Origin: Octopus bimaculoides
Lineage: Eukaryota
Assembly: GCF_001194135.2 (NCBI RefSeq)
Contig: NC_068981.1
Span: 53,155,868 to 53,188,243 of the forward strand
DNA: 32,376 bases
Direction of reading: 5' to 3'
Below are positions 32,005 to 32,376 of the stretch, piece by piece. The notes beneath the pieces were generated by a model. The model made no database searches, had not been told where the DNA came from, and was given only the letters and a program-made list of their open reading frames with translations. The translations under genes were made by a program, and so were the position numbers. Position 1 is the first letter of the stretch. Each line of letters opens with the position of its first letter.

Positions 32005-32373
32005 GTAAATAGCACCATTTGAGCCTAATCGTTACCAGCATTGCCTTCTAGCACTTATGCTGGTGGCACGTTAGAAAATCATTTGAGCAAGGTCGTTGCC
32101 AGTGCCGCTGGACTGGCTCCCGTGCAGGTGGCACATAAAAAACACCTTTTTGAGCGTGGCCGTTGCCAGTACCGCCTGACTGGCCTTCATGCCGGTGGCA
32201 CGTAAAAGCACCCACTACACGCTCGGAGTGGTTGGCGTTAGGAAGGGCATCCAGCTGTAGAAACTCTGCCAGATCAGATTGGAGCATGGTGCAGCCTTCT
32301 GGCTTGCCAGTCAGTCCTCAGTCAAATCATCCAACCCATGCTAGCATGGAAAGCGGTCATTAAACAATGATGA
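32005..32373 (+). mobile_element. RTE-family 3' UTR with three 65-67 bp subrepeats, terminal palindrome and short GAT tail
   Basis: Units end GGTGGCAC at 32069, 32134 and 32201; CCATGCTAGCATGG at 32336-32349; tail ATGATGA. Confidence 0.85.
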
Positions 32374-32376
32374 ATA

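Overview
AT-rich, repeat-dense animal genomic DNA with three assembly gaps. The repeat families resemble those I recall from octopod cephalopods; this assignment is inferred, not searched. The one real gene is a + strand GH20 beta-N-acetylhexosaminidase (HEXA/HEXB family). Nine coding exons (12665-31329) splice GT-AG in frame to 563 codons, and the gene continues past the right edge. The protein has a signal peptide, an unusually long (~150 aa) pro-region ending in KVRR, and intact active-site motifs (DTSRH, HWH..DDQSFP, HLGGDEV). The rest is transposon debris: a mariner remnant interrupted by an RTE LINE, many RTE-type LINE fragments with stem-loop arrays in the 3' UTR, an RTEX-like RT fragment, tRNA-derived SINEs, a 170-bp-arm foldback element and microsatellites. 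The best hidden signal is a decayed Penelope-like element with a C-terminal GIY-YIG domain (18914-20130), next to a (TA)n tract. Its 3' end carries a complete type I hammerhead ribozyme fold (19993-20099), sense to the host intron.
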